NCBI GenBank assembly: GCA_012295275.1
Contig: CM022668.1
Coordinates: forward strand, 11,532,001 to 11,596,000
Origin: Chrysomallon squamiferum
Lineage: Eukaryota > Animalia > Mollusca
Reading direction: 5' to 3'
Length of the DNA: 64,000 bases
The translations under genes and the position numbers were made by a program. Of this stretch, positions 12,543 to 26,090 are shown in pieces (within the stretch, counting starts at the first letter, position 1; each line of letters starts with the position of its first letter). A model generated the notes under the pieces. That model worked only from the letters and a program-made list of their open reading frames with translations. It was not told the DNA's origin and ran no database searches.

Positions 12543-14344
12543 CATCTAGAGGTGGTTTATGTCATCATATTCTGTGTGCATTACGTGAAACTTTGTTCAC
12601 AGTTCAGAAGACTGAAGTCATGTCTGTGATTTTTTAAAGTTTATTTATCTTTGTTTGATTAAATTTCTTAAATAAATGTGTAAAAAGATAAAGTTCTACG
12701 CATGTGCATTGTAATTTTTTCTTTTTTTTTTTTTCAGTGAACTTTATAAATTCAAGAAAAACATGTTCTAGAAAGGTGTCGTTTTCCTGTTATTTTCCCA
12801 TTTTCTTTATTATTATTTATGTAATATGGCATCACAAATTTCGTTATTTTCCTGCGGTCATTTGTTCTTCTGTTGCTACCACAAATAATTTTAAGATGAC
12901 ATACTAAATATAAATGTATAACAAGTATCGCTGTTGTTGTTATTTTAATCACTATTGATTAAACCAGCGTTCACAGTTCGGTATCAGCCATATTTTTCTT
13001 GCTTGTATCTCAAGGGAGGTAACCATCAAGAATACATATACCCTACAAACAGTTTAGATTGTATTTCAGTTTTTGAATCAGTAGGCTTTCTCAGGTTATT
13101 GGTTGCCTACTTACCAACATTTACAGTTACTATAAAGATTAAATAAATAATTACAAACCATTATGTTATCAAGGAATTTTTATTTTTTTATTATTATTTT
13201 TTTTTTAAATAGGGTCTTACGAGGGATACAAAAAAAATAATTTAAATTAGAGAAAACAAAATTCGTTTTCACACTCAAGGACACAGCTAGTGAGCTGATT
13301 TGGAAGGTAGAGATAATGAATTAAAACAAACAAATAAAAATATTAAAATGGAGGACATTTATCTACAGTTGCATCGTAGAAAGGTAGGATTGTGATTAAT
13401 ATTTCCTTTGATATTTTTATGTCGTTCAAGAATTTTGTTTACGTACTTAATTATTAGAAAAGAACAATGTGAAGCAAAGAATAAATAAATTAATGAAAGG
13501 TATAACAAATATAATTTGACTTTTTTCATTATAACACTAGTACAAAATAATTGATGTGTAATAATAACAACAACAACAACAATAATAATAATAAACACAT
13601 AAATAAATAAAATAAATAATAATATAGTATAAAAGTTACTGTGTAACATTTTTGCAATACAAATGACACGTCACATGTTAAGAGAGATAATTTTAGCGGC
13701 TTTAATGTTACTCACTTTCGTAATATTACCAACTTTCTATTCACAGTTTCCTGTTTCGAATGCAGACAAATGCATAAAGAAAATAACTAATAGGAATCAA
13801 ATGAAAGCCAGTTATTAAAAAGACCAAAAACGAAAACTGAAGTTTTAATATAGTAAATATTAGTCAAACATTTTGTACGAAAATGTATTTAGAGCCATGA
13901 AAGATAACTACTGACATTCTTAACACTGGAGGTCTTGCTGCAGTTATCTCCCGTTAATCAGCCTGTTGCCTTTTCCTTTTCCGTTAAGAAAGAAGAAGAA
14001 GAAGAAGAAAGGAAAACGCTAACCATAAGAAAATGATTGTCCATTAAAATTAATGCAGAAGGAAATGCTAAATCGTTAAATAAAAAACAGTTAAAAAAAA
14101 AAAAAAATTTTTTTTAAAACCTGTATTTTTATGATCAATAACTATAAAGAGAGATACGTTCCCAGAATCCTAATTCCAGAATTAGCCATACAACTGCTTT
14201 TACTTTAAACGTTACATAAAACGTTATAATGAAACTATTTCCTTTACCTTCCGTTCGAATAGAAATACGACACACGGTATTTCTTTTCGAATGTTCTGTT
14301 GGGCCTGTAGGAAATGTTTGCCTTCTGTAACAACAACAACAACA

Positions 14345-14389
<45 letters not shown>

Positions 14390-15742
14390 TTATTTATGTA
14401 TTTTTAAACGTTTCCCTATCTTTTACTAAACCCAGTAAAAACAAAACCAGTGACAGTTTACCGTAACTCATTGCTGCAGATGTCTATGAAACAGGACAAA
14501 CTTAAATTAAACAAGGAAACGAAAAATGATGAGTCTAATATTTTTATTATAATATCGTTATATAACATAATCTTACAAAATGTACATAGTTTTTATAGTT
14601 TGAATGTGTGTTTGCATATAGACAGAAAAAAAAGGAACTAAAAGATAAACAGATGCATTTCTAGATTAGATGAGATTAGATAGATAGATAGATAGATAGA
14701 TAGGTAGATCCAGTTATGCAGTTTAAGTTCATTGGTCCAAATACATATGAAACAACAGACAAATTTCTTGTGTGTATATATACATATATATATATATACA
14801 TATATACAGTAAATAATACATGTTATCGCTATACATATTAACAAATATATTCAAAACACTTAATTTATTTACACAATGATTCGTTTACATATGGCATAAA
14901 CATTCCGCATGGAAATCTTTATCAGTAATCGAAAGAAGACAGAAATAAATGAATGGATGGATGGATGAATGAATGAACGAATGGATGGATGGATGAATGA
15001 ATGAACGAATGGATGATAAATGGATGGATAGATGAATGAATGAATGGCTATACTGATACATAGATAGATGAGTGAATGGAGATGCAGAAAGAGATGATCG
15101 TATGGCTGGATGGATTTACTGACAGACGGGCGGAGAGATGAACGGATACCAACAATATATATACATTTGGCTACACATATAAACAACATATGAATAACCG
15201 CGATATACATGATGGGTGAATGGATATGAACATATACACTATTCTGTAAAGCATAGACAGAAAATTTACATACTTTAAAAGATCTTAAGTGAGAACCTTC
15301 TAATTTCAGCTGTACATTAACAAACATGATGATTTTTGTTACATATGTACAGTTCACAACAATGTATATTAAACACAATTTCCGTAAACGTCCATAAGAA
15401 TTATATTGTGTTTAACAGAAATATATAAATATATATATATATATATTATTTTTTTTTTTTACGATCATTGATCGTAAAATAAAATAAAATAAATAATTAA
15501 TTAATTAATTGAATAGATGTCAATATGAAAACATTTATTAATTATTAATTAATACTGTTTTAAAGATGAAACAAATAAGCAAATATCACAAACAACTAAA
15601 TAAAATTTCATTGTCGTTTCTGCTGCATTGTTAAAATAATTATTTTCACTTCATTTTTTTGGAAACTGTTCTGCTCTGGACATTTTCCAGAATAAACAAA
15701 TAAACAAATAAACAAACAAATAAATTAAAAATTTAAACAAAA

Positions 15743-15781
<39 letters not shown>

Positions 15782-15806
15782 TCTTCCAGTTCTCAAACCT
15801 TCCGAT

Positions 15807-15998
15807 CTATTTTCGTGATCCTATCAACCGCGGCCTGGAAGAACGAAACTCCTCTTCAACTTCACCGGCAACGAACTTCCACCTTTGATTAGACGACTTC
15901 ATCGAGCAGACGATACCGCCGACGGTAACGTTCGACTCTCTTTCGTCGTCAGTGGACTCTGCAGACTGGTACCTGGAATTTGGCAAAACGACAGACAT
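15807..15998 (-). CDS. Candidate 63-aa orphan small protein (single exon, or first exon of a longer transcript)
   Basis: First ATG (A at -3) downstream of a TATA/Inr promoter; GC-richer than flanks; MSVVLPNSRYQSAESTDDERESNVTVGGIVCSMKSSNQRWKFVAGEVEEEFRSSRPRLIGSRK; no recognisable domain. Confidence 0.45.
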   Translation of the reverse strand: MSVVLPNSRYQSAESTDDERESNVTVGGIVCSMKSSNQRWKFVAGEVEEEFRSSRPRLIGSRK

Positions 15999-16124
15999 GA
16001 TGATGATGATTTATGATGGACGGTGTTGCTTGCTTTTCTCTCTTTATATTCTGGATGGAAATTTAGAGACGTCGAAGACAAACTTGCGGCAGGCAGTTCT
16101 GATCAGGCGTTCTCGTAGAAGAGG

Positions 16125-16200
16125 AGAATGGACGCCAAACCGAGTTGTCTCTCCTTATATAGCAGCGACCTCTCTCTCGTGGCTTCTGTGACGTCCGCCC
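16125..16200 (-). promoter_or_regulatory. Pol II core promoter: GC box, CRE-like site, TATA box, initiator
   Basis: Minus strand: GGGCGG (16200-16195), GACGTCA (16195-16189), TATATAAG (16161-16154), Inr-like CCATTCT (16131-16125) with +1 about 30-32 nt from the TATA. Confidence 0.65.
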
Positions 16201-17827
16201 GGCGGATGTTCCACGCCAACGTGCAGCGAAGAGAAGAGAATCACATGTCGCGACATGCAGTTGGTTGTCACATGTTTATTCATGTGCAAGCAGTCGATTT
16301 TTTTTTTTTTTTTTTTTTTTTAATTTTTTTTCTTTTTTTTTCTAAATAATATTATGAAGGTAATCTTTTCAGCAGATGTTTTAATACGGAGAAACGATCA
16401 CCTCGTGCTGAATTACCAACATGTTTAATAATCTTCAATAATGTACTAATATTTAATAGTTTAAAAACAGCTTTTGGTAAATCTGAGTCGACTGCGGAGA
16501 TATGAAACATTTATAAAAGTCTTGCTGATATATGATTGAATCTGTACAATGACTATTATATGACCCGCATATATGCATACATACCCTGGCAATAAGTACA
16601 CATAACTGTTTAATATTAATAAGTGTATTACTAAAATTGTATATTAATAAGTATATCATTAAAATTTAATTAATAAAGCGGTAAAAGTAGAGAGATTTTA
16701 CACAGGAGTTTATTTAATGGTAATACATGTGATTCAGATAATGTTAGTGAATTTTAGTGAATACACTTCTGATTTTAATTGTTAATTCTTCTTATTCTTC
16801 TTTTTTCTTTCTTTCTTTCTTTCTTTCTTTCTTAATTTTAGCCGTAATTTAATTTTTTTTTTTTTTTTTTTTTTTTTTATAGATACTTGTATGTAGATGG
16901 AGTTTGGTTAACGTTTTTCATGATTTATGTTAATTATTGTTGATACTGTCGTTCTTTTTTATTTTCTGTTTTGTTTTTGCCGTAATAAAACTTTCTAATA
17001 AATTTTTTGAATTTTTCTTTTTATTATTATTATTTTTGTATTTTATTTTATTTATTTTTTTATTATTATTTTTTTTTTTTTTTTTTTTTTTGGATTTTAT
17101 AGATACCAGTATGTTGAAAGAATGTTGATAATGCCATTTGTGTTTTATTTTAATTACTGTTGTTGCTTTTGCTGCTCTTCTTCTTATTATTATTATTTCT
17201 TTAAAAGAAAAGTAGTAATAATAATAATAATAACAATAACAACAATAATAGTAATGATGATGATGATGATGATGATGACACTGATGATAATAATAATCAT
17301 AATAATAACAATAATAATAATCATAATAATAATGATGAGACTGATGATGATGATGATAATAATAATAATAATAACAGTAACATCAACATCAACAACAACA
17401 ACAACATCAAAGAATAATAATAATAATAATAATATTAATAATAATAATAATACGTTTGAAAAATTTAACTCTAAACTGTCATGCCTGTTTTAAATAAATG
17501 ACTAAACCTTAACTTGCCTTGGATTTTGTTTTGGTTTTTGGGTTTTTTTCGACTGCAGCAAACATAATGATTACTCCTTTATGATAATATTCACTTGTTT
17601 ATGGAAATGGTATAATATTAGGCCTGAAGCCTGATACATCACGGGTTCAACCCTCGACATCGGTTTCATAATTTCCCACATAAAGATCGTGATACTCACT
17701 TTCATTTTTATGGGAAGATCTAACAGTTACGTTTTTAAGGAATGGCACTGTATGTGATCCAAGAACCAAGTTAAGATGGGGCGCCACTGAGAAATTCCTA
17801 TTATTGTAAAGTTATCTTAAAAAAACG

Positions 17828-18116
17828 TCTGTGTCAGGTTTTTGGTGACAATGGAGCAACTTAGCATCATGTCACTAGCGCCATTTTCCGTAGACACGCG
17901 TTTTAGTGAATAAAAACTGGGCCACCGCATCTAGATACACATATCTATATAATTTACTGATCAGATACGTATTATATGAGACAAAAATCATATAGAAATA
18001 AAACCTCGCTTCAGTTGTTTTCTTTAAAGTTTATATTAAATAATGTTTAACAGTTATTTGTCTATAGGTGTGTGTGTGTGTTTGAATGTGTCAATATACA
18101 TACACACACATACATA

Positions 18117-18153
<37 letters not shown>

Positions 18154-18350
18154 AATTACGTACGGTTCGATCACATGCCCACATTCAACAATGTTAAATA
18201 AATATCGAACTGTAACGTTACAGAACCCCACTATTTGATGGTGACATGTGTATTCTGACAAAATAGTTTTTTAGATAGTGCTGTTTTTAATCGTTTCAGT
18301 ATACTGGGGACGAATTAATAAATTAATAAATGTCTGGTTCTATGAAAGTA
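17828..18350. repeat. ~520-bp direct duplication, copy 1 (copy 2 at ~19169-19670)
   Basis: Shared blocks such as ctagcgccattttccgtagacacgcgttttagtgaataaaaactgg and gttcgatcacatgcccacattcaac. Confidence 0.85.
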
Positions 18351-18612
18351 AAAAAAAAAAAATTGTATAAAAAACCAATAAAAATCTAAGTAACGTGATT
18401 TTTCAGTAATGCTAACATTAATTTTTAATTTTATTTTTTTATTTTGGCAATTAGTTATTTATTTATAATATCTGGGCACTAATTTTTCATTAATGTTTAC
18501 ATTTATTTTATTCACTTTTATGCGGTTTCATCACCTACCTATCTGTATACCTATCTATATATCTATATATCTGTGTATGTATATAGATAGATAGATAGAT
18601 AGATACAGATAT

Positions 18613-19170
18613 GATTCTAGGAAAAAAGTCAAAGGAAAAAAGTCACAATTTTTAATTAAGATTAAGAAATATATTAAAAATGAAAGATAGATTAAACACA
18701 TTTCTTCATATATTTTTGTTAATGTTCCTTCATTTTAATGTTCCATCCAATACCTCGAAGAAATCCTGCCAATTACAGCTAGATCTTTTGACGAGGCAAC
18801 TTTGTTTTGCGAGTTGCATGTTTGGTATACATGAACCCCTCATAACAGATTTTGTTACCACCCTTATTGCTATGAATAACTTCAGTATTAAACATATATC
18901 TGATACTACAACAAGCTGGAGAATAGTTAGTGAAACACATTTTAAGCTGGGACATTTTATAAATCATTTACAATAGGAAGCCCTTGGTTTAAATCTATCC
19001 TAATCAGTAAGCTAAACCGAAGCTGGACCCAATATGAAGCCTCTTTCTTTAATCTAGCCTCATAGATAAGATTAACAATTACCCCATGCATAATATGATG
19101 AAACACTGAATACTCTATGAACCCATACATTTTGTGACTTTTTTTCTGCGACTTTTTATCTAAAAGAATC
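18613..19170 (-). mobile_element. Internally deleted Mutator-like (MULE) DNA transposon
   Basis: Imperfect ~35-bp terminal inverted repeats (gattctaggaaaaaagtcaaaggaaaaaagtcacaa / ttgtgactttttttctgcgactttttatctaaaagaatc). Minus-strand remnant SNKGGNKICYEGFMYTKHATRK resembles the start of a FLYWCH domain; LAGFLRGIGWNIKM resembles the C-terminus of invertebrate MULE transposases. Confidence 0.7.
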
Positions 19171-19670
19171 TGTGTCAGGATTTTTGGACAAAGCAGCAAT
19201 TTAACGACAAGGTTACTAGCGCCATTTTCCGTAGACACGCGTTTTAGTGAATAAAAACTGGTAAGCATATCTATATAATTTACTGATCAGGTACGTATTA
19301 TATGAGACAAAATTCCTATAGAGAAAAAAACTCGCTTCAGTTGTTTTCTTAAAACTTTATATTAAACGATGTTTAACAGTTATTTGTCTATAGGTGTGCG
19401 TGAATGAATGTGTTAATATACATACATACACACACATATATATATATGAAATTACGTCCAGTTCGATCACATGCCCACATTCAACCATGTTAAATAAATA
19501 TCAAAATTGTAACATTACAGAATCCAACTTATACATGTGTTATTTGAAGCTGCCATGTGTATTCTGAAAGAAAAAAAAAGTTTTTTTATGTAGTGCTGTC
19601 ATTAATCGTTTCAGTGTACTGCGGGCGAATTAATAAATTAACAAATTCATAAGCATCTGGTTCTATGAAA
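19169..19670. repeat. ~500-bp direct duplication, copy 2
   Basis: Collinear with 17828-18350. Confidence 0.85.
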
Positions 19671-19701
19671 CTTTAAAAAAATAATAACAGTAATAAAAGT
19701 A

Positions 19702-19842
19702 TGTCACGGGACCAAGCGCATAAGAGGTGTTAGCTTTCAAGTGCTAACGACCCTAATAAATTTTGGCTCGTTCCTTGTCTAGGGATTGCGTCTTTGGTTG
19801 ACCCGTGTGACTGTGTAATTAAAAAACTGTGACGATTGATTA
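19702..19842. repeat. Truncated copy of the LTR-like repeat at 36526
   Basis: tgtcacgggaccaagcgcataa...gacgattgatta matches 36526-36666 with the same 5' TGT boundary. Confidence 0.8.
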
Positions 19843-20298
19843 TAATAGATACATATATTTGCATATACTACAGATATAAACTATATATAACATCAAGTAT
19901 CCACTATGAACACCAAAACCAAACACAATATTTATATAACGAAGATAATTATTTATTTTACACATGTATTCTTATTATTTAGTGGTTGAGGACGTGGGAG
20001 TTGGTGTTAAATGAAAAACTGTAATTCTTAATTCTTTTAATTTTCCCTAACAGGTTTTGTTAGAAAATAATATATAACTCAAAACTCTCTGTGGAGCACA
20101 TAGAGGCTCGCTGCATTTAGCCATTCTAACCTTCGGTGCCCGGATAAGTTATATCTTAAGATACTGACCAGAATTCCATATATATATATATATATATATA
20201 TAAGTAAAAGTGTGATAATTTAGACTGCAGTCTCAGCTGCTTCAGAATTAATGCATGTTAAGTACGACCTATTTATAGCTTGCGTAAAACAATAGTAA

Positions 20299-20375
<77 letters not shown>

Positions 20376-20385
20376 AAACAATAAT

Positions 20386-20423
<38 letters not shown>

Positions 20424-20522
20424 AAACAACAGCATTAAAATATTAAATAAGTCACATTATTGTATTTGGTTCATGAAATACATAAAAAAATATCTTTTTA
20501 TGTAATGTTCTAATGTTAGGTT

Positions 20523-20639
<117 letters not shown>

Positions 20640-21418
20640 ACCTCTTCTACGGTTTGGCCTGGGAGTAATTATTTCTCAACTGGACGATTTCATAACGTCA
20701 CTGCCCCTTTAAGATTTGCACCGGCTTGCCGTCAAATCCTTTCTCGAAGAAGGTATTTCATTCTAAGCCCTTCAAAGAGGCGGTGAAGGGGCGTGGAACA
20801 AGCAGTTTGTTTAGTTAACTTCCTTTGAAGTTGCCCGCCCAGTGTCTGCCGGCTCAACACATTAGCAGATGGACCTGTTCCAAAATCGCCACGAAAGGGG
20901 TGTAAGGTTGTTCAAAATTCCCCCGACCCGAACTGCGTATCGTTTCATATAAATTTATTATACGTAATTGTTACGTCATCATTATAACCTTAAAGACTCT
21001 TTGAAAATAATCGATTCTAGTTACTAAACAATAGTTCTAATTTGTTTTTCAATATCGGAAGAAACCGAGCTGACACCCCTTCGTGACTAGAATCTAATTT
21101 GCTCGTCTTTGTTGTTGGATCGCTTTGATCTTGCCAACAACAACGTGCGCGATAGGTTCCAGTCCTGCTTAGTCTTAGTGGTATTAGCGTAGTGCGAACA
21201 AGGTTATCAGTCTATTAAAGAGCGGGGGTTTAACACAAAAACCAGTCGATCACGTATACTCGTTATACTGCCGTTTGTCCGCCAGAATTCATTCGACTTC
21301 GAGTTGTGTCGCTCGCTCCCATCATGAGTAAAAAGTGAAAATGTCTCGGGGAACAGAGTGCAAACAGAGAGTGTATGACTAATCTGTGGAAAAAAAAATG
21401 TCTGTTATTTTTAACACA

Positions 21419-21508
<90 letters not shown>

Positions 21509-21565
21509 ATTTCAGTTTAAAATCTATGCATATACGTATTTATGTATCACTGTATGTGGGTATAT

Positions 21566-21610
<45 letters not shown>

Positions 21611-22140
21611 TAAAATGTATATATTATGTATGTGTGTATATGTATGTATGAATATATGTATTATGCATATATATGTGTGTGTTCGTATGTGTGTATGGGT
21701 GTCTGTGTGTGTCTGGATGCGTATTATGATGATTATGCTGTTAAATAAAATAAAATAAAAATAAAAAGTACTTTCCCTCCCAACCCAAGAAAAAAAAAAA
21801 AAAAAAAAAAAAAAGTTGTGCAATATCTGTAATTCGATCCCGCAAGCCTGCACCTTTGAAGCGAATTGCTCGTGTTATTTTAAGAGCATACTGTGGGTCT
21901 CTTTTAGGTGCAAGTGTTTCGGAGTTCATCAGGTGTTAGTAAGATGCTCGGAACTCTGTCGATTGCCCACACTGGGACAGGAGTCACATCAAAGCGAGCC
22001 GGGTTCTGTTCTCTCGTTTTTGACGCTAAGCAAGCAGTAACATTCGGGTTTGAGGATATTAAGTTCAAACGAATCCTGGGATTGGTCCGACAGCTTTGTA
22101 AATTGGGAGGTGACACGTTTCAGCTTTGATATTGTTTGTC
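20640..22140. promoter_or_regulatory. Candidate upstream Wnt/TCF enhancer(s) of Sp5
   Basis: CTTTG(A/T)(A/T) motifs at 20771, 20823, 20999, 21123, 21854, 21988 and 22124 in CpG-retaining unique sequence. Confidence 0.5.
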
Positions 22141-22234
22141 CTCGACTTAAACGAAGTAAGAGAACGCATAAGTCTTGTATGAGCGTAATGAAGTATAGTG
22201 ATATAGGGTAAACTACGTTTTCCGCTTGACTATT

Positions 22235-22320
<86 letters not shown>

Positions 22321-22517
22321 TTTTAAAAACATCTGTATTTTACTACTGTGTAGATATCGTTGGTAAAAATCGGTAGACCAAAATTTGAAAACTTGTTTCC
22401 TTGTTATTAACAACAAATGCTTTGAGTGAGGTCTATGGTTGGTCTTGGCAGTGGCAGTTGCTTCTAGAGTAATATCTGTATACTATCAAAATATACATAC
22501 AAATATATGTATGTATA

Positions 22518-22556
<39 letters not shown>

Positions 22557-22696
22557 TACCAGAAGCTGAGATGATCAAATTTACAGCTATCGAAAATTCT
22601 TCTTTTCAGAATTTGTATAGTTACGTTCATGACTATTTATGTCAGTGTGTTTGTAGTTATGTTTATATCTGTTCATGAGTGTTCATATCAGTGTAT

Positions 22697-22727
<31 letters not shown>

Positions 22728-22807
22728 AAATATTTATAAAACCTAATAAATATAAAAGTCATCTTTATTTGTGTCATAGCCTGTTTGTTATTTACATTTA
22801 AAAGAAA

Positions 22808-22859
<52 letters not shown>

Positions 22860-23740
22860 TAATTTAATTTAATTTAATTTAATTTAATTTAATTTATTTA
22901 TTTAAAGTTAATTTATGTATATATGTATTGATGTATGTGTGTGTTTGTGTGCGAAGTATAGTTAGTTCTTAGTTTTATTCAAATATTAATTTATAAATAT
23001 TATATCAGTCTGTATTGCTAAAAAGATGAAGATCAAACCACACATGTTGATAACAGAATCGGTTCAACTCAGTTATTTGCAATCCAGCCAAAACTCCGCA
23101 GTTTAAACACATGTTCATAAATTAGTTCTGTAATATATTTGAAAAATCTAGAATAATACTTTTTATTATTAGTAGCATTAGTGTTAATGTCAGTATTAGT
23201 ATTAGTGTTGTTGTTGTTGTTGTTATATATTTATTTATTACTTTTTTACTTCATTTTATTTATTCATTCATTCATTTTTATTTAATTATTCATATTTATT
23301 TATTTTTAATTTTTAATTTTTATTCATTCAGTATTTTTTTGTATTATTATTTTTTATTTTTTATTATTATATTTTTCATTGTTTTGTATTTTTAAATTTT
23401 TGTTTTTGTTGTTGTTGTTGTCTTCCTTTTTGTTTGTTCTTATTATTGTCTTTGTCCGTTTCCTTGTTTTACTTCTGTTTTTACTCTTTTTGTTGCCTTT
23501 CAAATTATTTTCTTTGTTGCTTTGTTCCTTGTTAATAATCGTTATCAGTGCAGAAGATTTTATCATATTATTTTAGTATCTGTTATTATATGTTTATTAA
23601 TTTTATTGCGAAAAGTATTGACATTTGTGCATACTTGCTTACGTACGCATGAAAGACAGAGAGAGATAAACATATTTTGGAAACATAATAACAGTTCTAA
23701 ATATAAAAATAAACAATGATTAGAAAAATATAAACAAGCA

Positions 23741-23816
<76 letters not shown>

Positions 23817-24779
23817 AATAACAATAATGGTAATGTGCTTGTTGTTTTTTTTTTTTTTTTTTTTTTATCTCTGTCTGCAGTATTCGGGAACGCACTGGCG
23901 CAGGAGGACAAAGTCCAGTCACGACCGTACAAAAAGTCAGACGAATACAAACACATACATACGTACGTACACATCCACTTACATACATACATACATATAT
24001 ACATACATAAATACATACATATATACATACATAAATACATATATACATACATAAATACATACATGCATACATACACTCAGATAAACACCACACACAGAAA
24101 TATTTCTCATTACTCTTTTTTTTCACTTTCACTTTTTTGTTTTTCTGTTTTAATTCCTATTCAAATTCTCTTTTTTCTTCTTCTTCTTTTTCTTCTTTTT
24201 TTATTTTTCATTAAGTCTTCTCTTTGATTCCTTTCCCTCTATTATCTTTCAATAACAAAAAAAGAAAAAAAAAAAAAAAAGGAATGAAAGAAAGAAAGAA
24301 AGAAAGAAGAAAGGTTCTTTAACTTCAATTGGCGGTCTATCTTCTTTCGCGATATTAGAATACCGCCACTAATGTGCAATAATATTTACACAAACAAGGG
24401 AGATTACTTTTCAATGCAAGTTACACAATTATTGTCTGAAGGTTTGAGCCTGTGTGTTTCCGCATAATAACAAGAACGTTCTCTATTTTACTTTTTTTTT
24501 ACTTTTCTTTTCTGTAGGGTGCACCAATCCTCTGGCGGAAATTCTCACACAGAAGAAAACAAACCGAAGCGATTAAGTGAGATCGAGGACCGTGTTCGAT
24601 CCGACAGTAATTCGTTCGGCCCGGTTCGGCCCGGTCCGTTATTACCAGCCGATCTCGCCCGATGTTATCTAAACGAGAGAAACAAAAAAAAAAATAATAA
24701 TAAATTAGCGTTAACCGCTGAAGGATAACAAACAAAAGCCTTCGTCTTCGTACATACAACAACTCCTGATTTTTACAAC

Positions 24780-25140
24780 CCACTGTCGGTCACGTGACGC
24801 CGCGCACCAATCGGCAGCCCGCTCTTGCCGCGAGAGTTTCTCTTTGATGTGAAAATCCAATTATTTGTGTGTGTAAATTCCCTCGAAGGCGATTAGTTCG
24901 CCGCCCCTGCCTGCCCCTTGAATAACAGCCGATAATCAGGCCTATTATGCGTGTCAACAAACCCTCCTTAAGAAGCATATGGACTGAAAAGATTTAATTT
25001 CCTTTTAAACAGCCCGCCCATTGATCGTAATTGGCTGGCGGCTTACTTCAAAGAAGGGTGGAAAATATCGGAATTTGATTGGAGGGCGGTAGATCTGAGG
25101 CGATGATACTAGGCTGTGGGTTTTTCAGCGAGTGTACTTC
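24780..25140 (+). promoter_or_regulatory. Sp5 proximal promoter (GC-rich island)
   Basis: E-box CACGTG 24791, CCAAT ~24807 and ATTGG 25078, TCF sites CTTTGAT 24842 and TTCAAAG 25047, Helper-like TGGCGGC 25036 and GCCGCC 24900, GC boxes 25014 and 25084; ~250-600 bp upstream of the predicted ATG. Confidence 0.7.
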
Positions 25141-25378
25141 AGCTTAGCGAAGAGAAGGGAAAGAAAAAAGAAAAAAAGAAAAAAAAAAACAACCAAACCG
25201 AACACGACTTTTTAAAAAAACATTTTTTCTCGGGATGGCTGTTCAGTATGGATGTGTAAGTTTTGTTCTCTGTGTATCTGTTCTGAAAGTTTAAAAAAAA
25301 GTCGTTTGTACTGATTTGTTCTTGTTTCACGTGGAATTTACTGCTTTCGTGAACCTGTTACCTGTGACACGGCTCGGA

Positions 25379-25525
25379 ATGAATGTCATCATACCCCCAC
25401 CCCAGGGATATCAACGTTTATTCCAGGTCGGTAAAGTTTTTATAAAGTAAAATCTTTTAAAATTATGTTTTGTGAAATTTATGCTGCTACTGTTACTACT
25501 ACTACTACTACAACTCTATTATTAA

Positions 25526-25585
<60 letters not shown>

Positions 25586-25895
25586 TACTACTACTACTGT
25601 ATTTCTTTTACTACTATCATCATCCTCATTATTATTATTATTACTACTAATACTACTTTTTACACTATTACTCCTAATTCTAGTAACACTTAAGTGACTT
25701 ATGCTACTTTACACTTTCACTACTTTACCATTACGACAGCTATTACTTGAATTTCTCATATTACTCTATACTTCAGTACCACCAACTGCAAGTTACACTA
25801 TTTATATTACAACTATTCTAATACTAGTACTAGTAATTCTAATATTCATACTACTTCTAAAACGTCTTCTTCAACTACTTATACTTTTATAGTAC

Positions 25896-25956
<61 letters not shown>

Positions 25957-26050
25957 ATATTATTATTATTATCATCATCATCGTTTGTTTCTGTAACTGA
26001 ATACGTTGCTGTTATGAATTGAATGTGTCCCAGTAAAAATGTACTACTAC

Positions 26051-26090
<40 letters not shown>

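Noticed and set aside
23881-23926. Exon-like GC-rich segment after a strong acceptor upstream of Sp5
   Set aside because: The same 46-mer occurs inverted at ~35457-35502 and in a diverged form at ~35645-35692, so it is a SINE body fragment; exonisation is unproven.
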